DNA of 64,000 nucleotides. Source: a virus (lineage: Duplodnaviria > Caudoviricetes). The notes beneath the pieces are model-generated. The model saw only the letters and a list, made by a program, of their open reading frames with translations. It ran no database searches and was not told the origin of the DNA. Where the stretch lies: the IMG/VR virus record IMGVR_UViG_3300046092_000036, positions 1,224 to 65,223 of that record. The stretch is one strand, 5' to 3'. The position numbers were made by a program, and so were the translations under genes. Every line of letters starts with the position of its first letter. Within the stretch, counting starts at the first letter, position 1. Positions 49,294 through 58,429 of the stretch are shown here, piece by piece.

Positions 49294-49304
49294 GGTGGTT
49301 CTCC

Positions 49305-49715
49305 TTAAATGAACTTACGTTTAATGCCACGTGGATCGTCAACTACCGCTTCCACAGAGTCATCATTAATAATTCGGAACTCTCGGTCATGAATAACCAA
49401 GCGAGTACCAGCATTTGGGCGTACTAAAATAAAGTCGCCTTGTTTACACCAAGGTCCGTTAGGAAACCTGGTTTTATCCTGGTAACAATCAGCTCCTAAT
49501 TCCACTACGAATAGCACCGTAGTCAGAAGTTCATCATGTCGACGGGTCTCGTCAGACTTGAGAATGCCACTTTCAAAAGCTTCTTCGGTTTCAGGTATTG
49601 CGCAAAGAATCCTATAGCCTTGCGGTTTAGGTAGTTGTTTTGCTTTTTCTTCCCCTGACTTATCCATAATTTTGGATAGGTCTACTGCTTGGGCTAAATC
49701 AATGACATTAGTCAT
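49305..49715 (-). CDS. groES: GroES-like co-chaperonin
   Basis: PQGYRIL, SGIL, GPWCKQGDF, FRIINDDSVEAVV. Confidence 0.8.
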   Translation of the reverse strand: MTNVIDLAQAVDLSKIMDKSGEEKAKQLPKPQGYRILCAIPETEEAFESGILKSDETRRHDELLTTVLFVVELGADCYQDKTRFPNGPWCKQGDFILVRPNAGTRLVIHDREFRIINDDSVEAVVDDPRGIKRKFI

Positions 49716-49899
49716 CAGAGTTCTCCAGGTTTTTTGCAAGGTCTGTTAAATATAACTCGGCAGTGAGCAGTCCTCGAACCTCACCACAAAGTGCGCGATA
49801 CTCCGCGTAATCCTTAGCTGCGCCGCTGGAAACTGCTTCAGCTATTTGGTTGCGCTTATCTCTGTATTGCATAAGCAATACTTCAAGCGTTCTATCCAT
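49708..49899 (-). CDS. small hypothetical protein
   Basis: DYAEYR.LCG.VRGL. Confidence 0.7.
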   Translation of the reverse strand: MDRTLEVLLMQYRDKRNQIAEAVSSGAAKDYAEYRALCGEVRGLLTAELYLTDLAKNLENSDD

Positions 49900-52373
49900 T
49901 ACTCACCTTTCTTTTGCGAACCTTTCGATTCGTTTAATTGCATTTTTTTATAAGCAATATCTGAGCCAATTTTTACACCTTCTAGCTCCATCTTAGCTTC
50001 TAGTTCGGCTTTATCTTTGGCTGCCTTAGCCCCGACTTGCATACCCGCAATCTCTTTTTGGGATGCAATACGAGATTCTTCGATCTTAAGCTGATCCACC
50101 TTAGCCGCCATGTCCATTACCATTTTTTGTTTCTTAAGTTCTAAGTCTTCTCTCTTAATCTGTAACTCTTCTTGTTGCATTTGGACTAATGGGTCCTGTT
50201 GCGCCTGAGCGTTTTGTTGAGCTTGAGCCTCTTGTTGGTTCTGCTGCAACATTTGTTGCGCTGCTTGAGCAGCGAGTTGCGAGATGCGTACTTCCATACC
50301 TTCTGGAATACCATGCTCGGTTTCTTCTCCAGGTGCAGGAAGCTCTACACCCATCATTCTTTCCATCTCTTTGCGATATCCAAACGCAATATGCTCGTTA
50401 ATATGGGCCATCATTGCACCTTGAATCTGTGGAGCCATAGGGTTCATTCCAACTAACTGTTGAATCTTTGGATCTTGCATAGCTGACATATGTACTTGAA
50501 TATGGGCTTGATGGTCTTGATACAAGAAAGCCTTAACGGGTTTCATCATAAGAATGTTCTGATTCTCAGTAACAGGGTCTTCTGGCTTCTTGTCGTCCTG
50601 AGTTGGAACAAGCTTAGCGTAGTTTTTAATCCCCAATACGTCTAACATCTGGCGATGTAGTAGTGGCAAGTCATACAGCTGCGGAGCAGTCTGGGCTAGT
50701 TGTAAAGCAGCTTGATACTGCACTACTTTTTGCGACATAGTTGCCGCATTGGGGTCTGATACAGGAATAACGTTTACTTGGTCATAGTCAGACTTCTTAG
50801 CACGGGGGCTACCCTCAATTGGCTCGTAATCGTATTCTTCTGGAGTGTAATCCGCAATAATCTTCTTAAGTAAGCGGAACTCTTCTTTCATCGCATAGTG
50901 AATACGTGCTTGTACAGCACTCATCACTTTTAATGTACGCTCAAGGATTGCTAACGTTGTACCAACTGGTGAGTTAGCTGACATATCTGATACTTTCATA
51001 TCAGCAGCAGCTGCAAAGCGGCGACCTTCATCAATGATTTGATTCATCAACGCAAATAAAGTCTGACTTGGCTCTTTATATGGAAGAGGCAGGATGTTAT
51101 CCCGCATTGTTCCACTTGGAACGTCTACATCACGGAATTCACCAGGACTTATTGGCGTGTTGTCACCATTGATTCGCAAGCCACGGGTCTTAAAGCCACC
51201 TGGCAAGTTTGCAAGTGTTCCTGCATCAACCAATTGGCGGAGGATTGAAGTTCCTGACTTAGCAAATGCGCCGATGAGGTGAATAAGACCAAAGCAATAG
51301 AAGCCGAAGCCAGGAATATACCCATAGTGAACAAAGTGATTACGTTTTGCATGAGTTTTGTCATCAGGTTGCCAATTTCTACGAATCGAGAGGACATTTT
51401 GCGTTCCTTTTTCAATAGTTACCACGTATGGTAGAGCTACGCCTGTAGGATTACCCTTCTTATCCTTATGCTCATAGCCAGGCAAGTCTAAATCAACGTG
51501 CATTTCAAGAAGTTTGAAGCGATCATCCGATGTTGCACGGAATCCCATTTTTTCAGCGATCTTTTTCTCTACTTCGTCAAGAGAGTTAACTGGTTCGCCA
51601 AGCTCTATATCGCGATAGAACCCTGCAACTTGTAATTTAAGAACTTCGTTCTTAGTTTTGCGCATAACATGGGTTACACGCTCGGCAGTTTGAAGATTAC
51701 TTGCGCCGTATGGCACAACAATGTCTTCCGCAGGTACAAATACAGAGGCTTGACGCTCTAAACCTGGGTCGTAATAGACTTTTTTGAACGCATTACCAGA
51801 AAGACCCAAGCCCCAGAGCATTCTTTCGTGCTCAGGACGGTATTCTTTCATCACATCAGTGAGTTGGTAGTTCATATCTGCCTGTACACGCATGGCAGCG
51901 TCTTTTTTCTCTGTTGTTTCTTTACCAATAATTTCTGTTTTGACTGGACCTGCTGCTGGAAAAGTCTCCATCATGGTCTCAGACTGAAATTTAACCAGTG
52001 CTTCGGAGAGAAGTGGGTGGTACACACCGCATGCGCCTTCCCATGGTTCACTTCTTTCTTCAAGCTTCATGCCAAGCAGCTCTAAGCCGTCGACGTATGT
52101 CTGCATCCAGTCTTTGCGGGAACCAACGTCATCTTCAAAGTCAGAAGAAAGTTCGGAAGCTAAAGACTGAAGCACACCATCGTGCATGTGCTCTGCTAAA
52201 TTCTCTCCAAAATCCTCGTCATTCTCTGAGTTAGGTTTTATTTCAATAGTTAATGGACCAACAGTAATATCAACCTCTTCAGGATCTTCAATCTCAATCT
52301 CCAGAGGTTCTTCCTCCATGGCTAGCTGTTCCATACCTAAAGGAGCTGCGTATAGTCCTTTTTCCATTGCCAT
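49899..52373 (-). CDS. portal protein
   Basis: SRKDW, PWEGACGVYHP, FKKVYYD, LRQLVDAGTL, PLPYKEPS; Gln-rich barrel tail. Confidence 0.92.
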   Translation of the reverse strand: MAMEKGLYAAPLGMEQLAMEEEPLEIEIEDPEEVDITVGPLTIEIKPNSENDEDFGENLAEHMHDGVLQSLASELSSDFEDDVGSRKDWMQTYVDGLELLGMKLEERSEPWEGACGVYHPLLSEALVKFQSETMMETFPAAGPVKTEIIGKETTEKKDAAMRVQADMNYQLTDVMKEYRPEHERMLWGLGLSGNAFKKVYYDPGLERQASVFVPAEDIVVPYGASNLQTAERVTHVMRKTKNEVLKLQVAGFYRDIELGEPVNSLDEVEKKIAEKMGFRATSDDRFKLLEMHVDLDLPGYEHKDKKGNPTGVALPYVVTIEKGTQNVLSIRRNWQPDDKTHAKRNHFVHYGYIPGFGFYCFGLIHLIGAFAKSGTSILRQLVDAGTLANLPGGFKTRGLRINGDNTPISPGEFRDVDVPSGTMRDNILPLPYKEPSQTLFALMNQIIDEGRRFAAAADMKVSDMSANSPVGTTLAILERTLKVMSAVQARIHYAMKEEFRLLKKIIADYTPEEYDYEPIEGSPRAKKSDYDQVNVIPVSDPNAATMSQKVVQYQAALQLAQTAPQLYDLPLLHRQMLDVLGIKNYAKLVPTQDDKKPEDPVTENQNILMMKPVKAFLYQDHQAHIQVHMSAMQDPKIQQLVGMNPMAPQIQGAMMAHINEHIAFGYRKEMERMMGVELPAPGEETEHGIPEGMEVRISQLAAQAAQQMLQQNQQEAQAQQNAQAQQDPLVQMQQEELQIKREDLELKKQKMVMDMAAKVDQLKIEESRIASQKEIAGMQVGAKAAKDKAELEAKMELEGVKIGSDIAYKKMQLNESKGSQKKGE

Positions 52374-52383
52374 AATTTAGTCC

Positions 52384-53913
52384 TTAATAATAGGGCTGAC
52401 GTCGTCTGAACCCCATAGGTTCATCTTCTTCGTCGCTATCTAATCTAATAAACCCACCACGCCGAAATCTTAATAAGGCTTGGCTTGTCGAATCGACCAA
52501 GTCATCGTGTTCGCCTGATGGAAAACTTGCAACTTCTTCTACTAGCTCATCGGCCCAACGAGTCCCTGGTACCCATACTCTACCAGATGCAAATATATCT
52601 GCAACTGCATTTAACCGAGAAATTTTATCATTGCCTTTTGACGGAGTATACTCCTGCACGGGTAGCCCCATAGCCCTTAATTCAAATACAAGCGGCGCAC
52701 CTGACGCTTTTGCCTCCACTATTAAGCTATCGGGGTTCCATTCTTTGTATTCTTGTACCGCTTTTTGCTTTAATTCTGGAAACTCCATCCGTTTTTTAAA
52801 TGAATTTAAGAGAATAATATTAGCTTGAGGGCGTCCTGTATCGTCTTCTTTATAGAAAACACCCCATGTTGTACACGCAGAATAGTCTGAGCGCTCAGTT
52901 TTAAGGAACGCCGTATCCCAAGACTGGATCACAAATTCACACTCGGGTGGATCATCTTTTTCCCATATCTTCCACCACTCTCTTTTAATGATTGCAGAGA
53001 CTTCTGAGGTCGGCTGCTGCATATATTGAGCTTGCCACTTACTAACTGGGAGTTCTTCCCGTAGAGCAAATAGCTCTTTCTGGCTCCAAAACTCAGGCCA
53101 AAGTGGGCTGTCATCGTCAAAAAGGGCTGGAAACTCAATTACTCTCCATCCTTCTCCATCTCTTAGAGCATCTGCTTTTAGTACCTGACCCGTTAAGTCC
53201 TTCTTAGACCAGCGAGTCATAACAATAATAATTGCCCCGCCTGGCTGTAGACGCTGACGTGGACCAGATGTATACCACTCGTACGTTTTATCGTACACAT
53301 CTGAATTATTCTCGGCTAGGGTCGCCTCTTGTTCCGAGTGAGGGTCGTCAATAATGAGGACGTCCGCTCCCTTACCTGTAACAGCTCCTCCAACACCAAT
53401 CGCAAAATAGTCTCCGCCTTGGTTAGTTGCCCACCTTCCAGCTGCCTTTGAATCAGACTGCAGTCCAACACCTGGGAATATCGACTTATACACATCTGAA
53501 TCGACAAGGTTTCTGACTTTTCGTCCAAATCCAACAGCAAGCTCCGCAGTATGGGCTGTTTCAATAATCTTTTTCTGTGGGAACTTACCCAGAAACCAAG
53601 CAGGAAGCAAGTAAGACGCAAATTCGCTTTTTGTGTGACGAGGAGGCATGTTAATAATAAGCCGTTTACACGTCCCGTTAGCCACCGCTTCAAATGCCGC
53701 TGCCATATCTGCATGATGTTTTCCTGCTATGAATGAAGGCCAAACCTTTTTAACAAACTCCATAAACTTAACTTGGGCCATCTCTTTGCCCTTTAGCTTT
53801 CCTAGAATATCTAGGTCTTCTAATAGTTTTATCTGTTCTCCCTCAGGAAGGAGATGAAGAATCTTAGGGATATCTTCTAAGCTAACGTTCTCTATGACTT
53901 CCTTAGCTAGCAT
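52384..53913 (-). CDS. terL: terminase large subunit
   Basis: RLIINMPPRHTKS, IIDDPH, MTRW, QSWDTA, HDDLVDS. Confidence 0.95.
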   Translation of the reverse strand: MLAKEVIENVSLEDIPKILHLLPEGEQIKLLEDLDILGKLKGKEMAQVKFMEFVKKVWPSFIAGKHHADMAAAFEAVANGTCKRLIINMPPRHTKSEFASYLLPAWFLGKFPQKKIIETAHTAELAVGFGRKVRNLVDSDVYKSIFPGVGLQSDSKAAGRWATNQGGDYFAIGVGGAVTGKGADVLIIDDPHSEQEATLAENNSDVYDKTYEWYTSGPRQRLQPGGAIIIVMTRWSKKDLTGQVLKADALRDGEGWRVIEFPALFDDDSPLWPEFWSQKELFALREELPVSKWQAQYMQQPTSEVSAIIKREWWKIWEKDDPPECEFVIQSWDTAFLKTERSDYSACTTWGVFYKEDDTGRPQANIILLNSFKKRMEFPELKQKAVQEYKEWNPDSLIVEAKASGAPLVFELRAMGLPVQEYTPSKGNDKISRLNAVADIFASGRVWVPGTRWADELVEEVASFPSGEHDDLVDSTSQALLRFRRGGFIRLDSDEEDEPMGFRRRQPYY

Positions 53914-54502
53914 TATCTTTGCTTACCTCTACTGGCGTACCCATATCTACTATACCTAGCGCGCTATCCAGATTATTCATATCGTCATTCTCAGGGGTAA
54001 CATCCCTAGCATTTAGTAAGCGCTTAATCCGCTCCTTGATTGCCGTTTCTAAATCAGATGAATCTTTATAGTTGATGGTAACTTCGGATCGCTCTGTAAA
54101 TAGTGCGATGTCACTATGCTTGCCTAGTAACTCAATAGCCTTTAACTCGTACCTAGCGTCTCCGCAATTGGCTAGTTCCAATAGCTTATTAGTAAGAGCT
54201 GATCTGACGTCGGTCATCTCGGCGGCTATACGTGAGCTATATACACGCAAAAACTCCCTTGCCGCAAATGCCACTGGTGGTGAAGAGAGTGCTCCCTTGT
54301 CTTGGTTTTTGACTGCACTTTCCAAGAGACTTGCCGTTTTAATAGCGTCTTCCTTGTCCATCTCGGGGGGAGGACCTAGGTGTTCTAGTAAGTCTTGGGT
54401 GTTTGCTACCACTGCCAACTCTTCAGCAAAAGACGAAGTTTGGGTGTCCGTCATGTCATACGGAGGTGGGATGTCCTTGGTAGGCTCAATATTAATTGTC
54501 AT
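53903..54502 (-). CDS. putative terminase small subunit
   Basis: Upstream of terL; LKAIELLGK..DIALF.ER. Confidence 0.65.
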   Translation of the reverse strand: MTINIEPTKDIPPPYDMTDTQTSSFAEELAVVANTQDLLEHLGPPPEMDKEDAIKTASLLESAVKNQDKGALSSPPVAFAAREFLRVYSSRIAAEMTDVRSALTNKLLELANCGDARYELKAIELLGKHSDIALFTERSEVTINYKDSSDLETAIKERIKRLLNARDVTPENDDMNNLDSALGIVDMGTPVEVSKDNAS

Positions 54503-54544
54503 TGCAGGGCGTGATGCAAAAGTAGTTGCGCTCCAGTTTTGCAA

Positions 54545-54572
54545 ACTATATCACAACAAGTACAAAGCGCAA
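54545..54572 (-). promoter_or_regulatory. sigma70-type promoter, 16-bp spacer
   Basis: TTGCGC-N16-TATAGT with extended TG. Confidence 0.65.
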
Positions 54573-54655
54573 GGGGTGGGGTACTCACGGCCCTAGATAT
54601 GTGAAGCTAAATTCGCTTTCCCCCGAGTCCACGTGAAGGACTAAAAAAGTATACT

Positions 54656-54787
54656 TTACTTAGGCTTGTTTGTATTAAACAAATCTTTAACCGTTGTAAA
54701 TACAGCCTTTGTCCAAAAATCATACGCAGCTTGCGTACGGTCTAGGACTTCTTCAAACTTCTTGTACTGCTCTTCAAATCCAAACAT
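54656..54787 (-). CDS. 43-aa amphipathic (phasin-like?) peptide
   Basis: TAAGGAG RBS; MFGFEEQYKKFEEVLDRTQAAYDFWTKAVFTTVKDLFNTNKPK. Confidence 0.7.
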   Translation of the reverse strand: MFGFEEQYKKFEEVLDRTQAAYDFWTKAVFTTVKDLFNTNKPK

Positions 54788-54818
54788 AGTTTTCTCCTTA
54801 GTGGTGTGTATGGTGTGT

Positions 54819-54846
54819 AGTATATTACACAATTGGTGCAGTGCAA
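54819..54846 (-). promoter_or_regulatory. promoter (16-bp spacer) overlapping PhaR-type box TGCACTGCACCA
   Basis: TTGCAC-N16-TATACT; box at 54834-54845. Confidence 0.6.
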
Positions 54847-54983
54847 CATGTCACATGTTTGCATGGTTTTTTATTGAAATTTCATGCACTTACAGCGTTT
54901 TTTCTGGGAGGTCTTGTACGATATGTATACTTTTTAAGGTTTTTTAGACACGTTTTGTAAACATGTATAGAGAATCGACATTT

Positions 54984-55026
54984 CATGCCGTCATGCCATC
55001 ATGCCATCATGCCATCATGCCGCATG
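54984..55026. repeat. 8-bp tandem repeat CATGCCRY x5
   Basis: catgccgt catgccat x3 catgccgc. Confidence 0.9.
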
Positions 55027-55031
55027 AATTG

Positions 55032-55418
55032 CTATGGGTTGGAATTAGATTTCTTCTTCTTTTTAAGTATCTTTTTCTTTTCCTTATGTTCCTCATAGTG
55101 AACAATCCTGTGGCAGTTTGCGCACAATGGGATACATTTTTTAATTTCCTCCATTGCTTCTTTGTACTTGCCTTGCTGTGCTAGGAGGTTTACCGACTTG
55201 TGGTTTGTGCGGTCTACGTGGTGAAAGTCTATTACTGCTGAGTGGGAGAACCCACAGTTTATACATTTGATCGTACTTTTAAACTTTGCCCATTCTTTGC
55301 GTTTCTCTCGCTTTAACTCTGCTGCTCGCTTCCTAACCTTCTCGCCGTTCTTAACGTAGTAGTCACGGCTGTACTCCGCATGCTTGAGCTTTTTTACGCT
55401 CGCGTCTTTGTATGGCAT
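55032..55418 (-). CDS. HNH endonuclease
   Basis: CINCG, DFHHVD, KCIPLCANCHRIVH. Confidence 0.88.
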   Translation of the reverse strand: MPYKDASVKKLKHAEYSRDYYVKNGEKVRKRAAELKREKRKEWAKFKSTIKCINCGFSHSAVIDFHHVDRTNHKSVNLLAQQGKYKEAMEEIKKCIPLCANCHRIVHYEEHKEKKKILKKKKKSNSNP

Positions 55419-55857
55419 CAGGATGCACCTTATATTTCCAGTAGATTGCGTTCTTGTACGACCACGGTTGCCCTGGAGTATATATCTTAAATCCCGCATT
55501 AATCAATGAGTTAGCGCTTGCGGGGTTATTCGTAGTGTCAGTAATACACCAGTTCCACCCGAGTTTTCTTGCTTGCTTAACTCTTGCCTGTATCAACCTT
55601 TTTTGCAACCCGTGGCCTGTATAGCCGTCGAGCACACCTGCTCTACATAAGTAACCTGTGTCTGTCCACTTGGTCGAACGAACTAGTCCTGCAAAACCTA
55701 CAGGCTTTCCATCTTCTGCATACGCAATCCACCAATGCCCCCGATCTGGTTTGTATAGGTTATCACTAGGCAATATCTTTTTTTGCAGATAACAAATTAG
55801 TGTTACCAGCGAAGGGTTGCGTAGGTCAGCTTTTTTTAACGTGAAGTCCATGTACAT
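55363..55857 (-). CDS. GNAT acetyltransferase
   Basis: GYLCRAGV..YTGHGLQKRLI, NPASANSLINAGF. Confidence 0.85.
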   Translation of the reverse strand: MYMDFTLKKADLRNPSLVTLICYLQKKILPSDNLYKPDRGHWWIAYAEDGKPVGFAGLVRSTKWTDTGYLCRAGVLDGYTGHGLQKRLIQARVKQARKLGWNWCITDTTNNPASANSLINAGFKIYTPGQPWSYKNAIYWKYKVHPDAIQRRERKKAQACGVQP

Positions 55858-56242
55858 ACCCTACCCCCCTAGTGTTTCAATTATTTTACAAAAAATATAT
55901 ACCCCCCTGGGGGGTATTGAAATAAAAAAGGTATGGGGGGTGTTCTTAAGGTACGTCTTGGCGGAAGTCTGTGGATATTTGAGTAGGGGGAGGGGGGTTA
56001 AGTACTTAATGCCGATGTTATATATACGCTACTAACCAGATATACCTTAAGCACCTGGTGACGTGTTAGCACGAGAAAAGTGAGGGCAAATAAAAAATAT
56101 TTTTTAAAACGATGTATCTCTTGTGCAAACTAGTGTGTATAGGCGGACTGATACTTCTTTTTTTAAAAATGGGGTGTAGGGGTCGCTTGGTTTTTGAATG
56201 CCTAACATTGTTAGGGTAGGGGTAATTATTGTTTCTGATAAC

Positions 56243-56272
56243 TTGCTTTTCGTATCACAAATAGAGTATAAT
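56243..56272 (+). promoter_or_regulatory. early promoter 1
   Basis: TTGCTT-N18-TATAAT. Confidence 0.65.
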
Positions 56273-56334
56273 AGAACCAAGAGAAAAGAAAAACATTCTC
56301 GATCACTTTATAAACCAACAATGGAGTAATCAAT

Positions 56335-56847
56335 ATGCAAGATTTTATCAGTAACCTAGAAGAGCTAATCAACAATGCCCGTGCTAAGGTATTCGATCAG
56401 TATGAGTCAACATATGGCGCAAATGTTGAGTACGCTAAACTACTCAACCAAAAATGGGACGGTTTCGATTGGTTTGAATTGAAACATACCGACACCTCCG
56501 ACGAAGGCAAGGCGGTGAAAGGTGAGGGTGATCGGTTTCGTAAGGGTATCAAGGATTGGCATTCTAACCCTAGTACAGCATGGAAACAGATCAGAGAGCA
56601 TGCCCGTACTGATCGTTATGGTAAGCAAGTAGTGGCAACAACCGAGGGTGAAACAACCGAGGGTGAAACATCAGGCGACGCAAAGCATAACCGCTCACCT
56701 GAATTACGCAACATTGAGGAGTTGACCGTGTTGTTTAAATTCAACCGTCGCCAAGAGTCATTGAGCGATAACCTCAAGGATTGTCAACGCAACATTATCA
56801 AAGCCCTCGAATCAATGGGTGTTGATATTGGAATGATCGGGGACTAA
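56335..56847 (+). CDS. first early protein, paralog A
   Basis: Shares YGANVEYAK, FDWF, HSNPS, KHNRSPELRN, FNRRQESLS with 57788..58315. Confidence 0.85.
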   Translation: MQDFISNLEELINNARAKVFDQYESTYGANVEYAKLLNQKWDGFDWFELKHTDTSDEGKAVKGEGDRFRKGIKDWHSNPSTAWKQIREHARTDRYGKQVVATTEGETTEGETSGDAKHNRSPELRNIEELTVLFKFNRRQESLSDNLKDCQRNIIKALESMGVDIGMIGD

Positions 56848-56855
56848 CCCGCTTT

Positions 56856-56886
56856 ACCTACCCTAACATTGTTAGGGTAGGTTTTT
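56856..56886 (+). terminator. extended palindrome (27 bp) around the motif plus T-run
   Basis: ACCTACCCTAACA-T-TGTTAGGGTAGGT-TTTT. Confidence 0.45.
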
Positions 56887-56906
56887 AACCCTAATGGAGT
56901 AATCAT

Positions 56907-57044
56907 ATGGTAATCAAATACAAATCCCGTTTATACAAATTGCTTTCACTTATGCCAATACATGTAAGCCCGTACCAAATGAATTTTGTAAGATACGGCT
57001 CAAGTTATACAGATTATGTTGCAGTCACTTGGCGAAAATACTAA
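56907..57044 (+). CDS. 45-aa hypothetical protein
   Basis: ATGGAGTAATCA RBS context identical to that of 56335. Confidence 0.6.
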   Translation: MVIKYKSRLYKLLSLMPIHVSPYQMNFVRYGSSYTDYVAVTWRKY

Positions 57045-57051
57045 CCTCACC

Positions 57052-57077
57052 AAATCCCCGAAAGGGGATTTTCTTTT
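57052..57077 (+). terminator. intrinsic terminator
   Basis: AAATCCCC-GAAA-GGGGATTT-TCTTTT. Confidence 0.85.
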
Positions 57078-57265
57078 GCCCATGCCCTAACATTGTTAGG
57101 GTTTTTTTGTTTCCATCATTTTTAGGTTTTTTGGAAATGATAGTTCTCAGGAGGGTGGAAGCCCAAAGCCTCGCATCCAAGGTTTTGTCATGCTGGGAAT
57201 GACAGTTCTCAGAGGAGTGGACGCCCATAGTGCCCCTAACAATGTTAGGCTCGGCCCAGAAAAGG

Positions 57266-57625
57266 TTTTCTAATATTGCATCCTTTAAAATCAAGGACTT
57301 ACACCTATTATTAGAAAAGCAAAACAAGAATCTAATAATACAAAACCCTTTAGAATCAAGGACTTACAAGCGTTTTTGGGGTATTATTAGAAAAGTGCAG
57401 AAACTTGTGAGTGAAGTTCTAAAGAGAGCCTTCAGCGCAGTGCAAAATCTTACAATGGCAGAAAAACTCTCTGGGGGTATATAATTTTTTAAAAAGTCTA
57501 ATAATCTAATAATACCTAATTTTCTCCTCGCAAAGCCTTACACCTATTGAGTTTTACATTATTAGAAAATACATTAGAAATTCCCTCACTTTTCTAATAT
57601 TACCCTTATTTTCTAATATTACCCT
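57266..57625. repeat. AT-rich TCTAATA/TATTAGA repeat field with two IHF-consensus sites
   Basis: About ten CTAATA/TATTAG copies in both orientations; AATCAAGGACTTA at 57289 and 57354. Confidence 0.7.
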
Positions 57626-57680
57626 TTGCCCTAACAATGTTAGGCTCGTTCCGAAATATTTTTATTTCTTTCCAAAAAAC

Positions 57681-57709
57681 TTGATCTGTCTCTTATATTG
57701 TGTTATACT
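57681..57709 (+). promoter_or_regulatory. early promoter 2
   Basis: TTGATC-N17-TATACT, extended TG, A-tract upstream. Confidence 0.85.
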
Positions 57710-57787
57710 TTAGGTATAGAATCAAAAAGCGTTAAAGAGTTAGTTGGGTTCTCTATTTAACCTAACATTGTTATGGAGTAGTCAAAA

Positions 57788-58315
57788 ATGTTTAACTTAT
57801 CAAATCAAGGTGTAGATGTAGATTCAATCGTTGCAGAAAAGCGCCAAGGCGCAATCGAGGCTCAAACCTCTGCTTATGGTGCTAATGTGGAATACGCAAA
57901 AGCCCTTAATCTGAAGTTCGACCAATTCGATTGGTTTGCAGTAAGCCACACCGATTCTTCGGATGAGGGCAAAGCAGTCCGCAAGGAAAAGACAATTTTC
58001 TTTGATGGCTTGAAAGCGGGCAAACACTCAAACCCTTCTAAGGTTTGGAAAGATGTGCGTGATTATGGGCTTGAGGCTCGCTATGGCAAACCCGTTGTAT
58101 CTACTGAAGAAGGTGCAGAAGGTGAAGTTCCCGAAGGCTCGGATGACGCAAAGCACAATCGTTCCCCTGAGTTGCGTAACCTTGAGGAATTGACAACCCT
58201 CTATAAGTTCAACCGCAGACAAGAATCTTTGTCCCCAAAACTTGCTAAGGTGCAACAAAAAATAAGTGAAGCCCTTGCAGAAATGGGGGTTGATATCGGG
58301 ATGATTGCAGACTAA
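57788..58315 (+). CDS. early protein, paralog B
   Basis: Paralog of 56335..56847. Confidence 0.85.
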   Translation: MFNLSNQGVDVDSIVAEKRQGAIEAQTSAYGANVEYAKALNLKFDQFDWFAVSHTDSSDEGKAVRKEKTIFFDGLKAGKHSNPSKVWKDVRDYGLEARYGKPVVSTEEGAEGEVPEGSDDAKHNRSPELRNLEELTTLYKFNRRQESLSPKLAKVQQKISEALAEMGVDIGMIAD

Positions 58316-58333
58316 CCCCTGCCCTCCCCGTTC

Positions 58334-58362
58334 ATACCCTGCCAAGTGCAGGGTATTTTTTT
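58334..58362 (+). terminator. intrinsic terminator
   Basis: ATACCCTGC-CAAGT-GCAGGGTAT-TTTTTT. Confidence 0.85.
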
Positions 58363-58393
58363 GTCCATGCCCTAACAATGTTAGGTCTTTCCT

Positions 58394-58429
58394 TTTCCGC
58401 CATTTCCGCCATTTCCGCCATTTCCGCCA
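58394..58429. repeat. 9-bp tandem repeat TTTCCGCCA x4
   Basis: Read directly. Confidence 0.9.
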
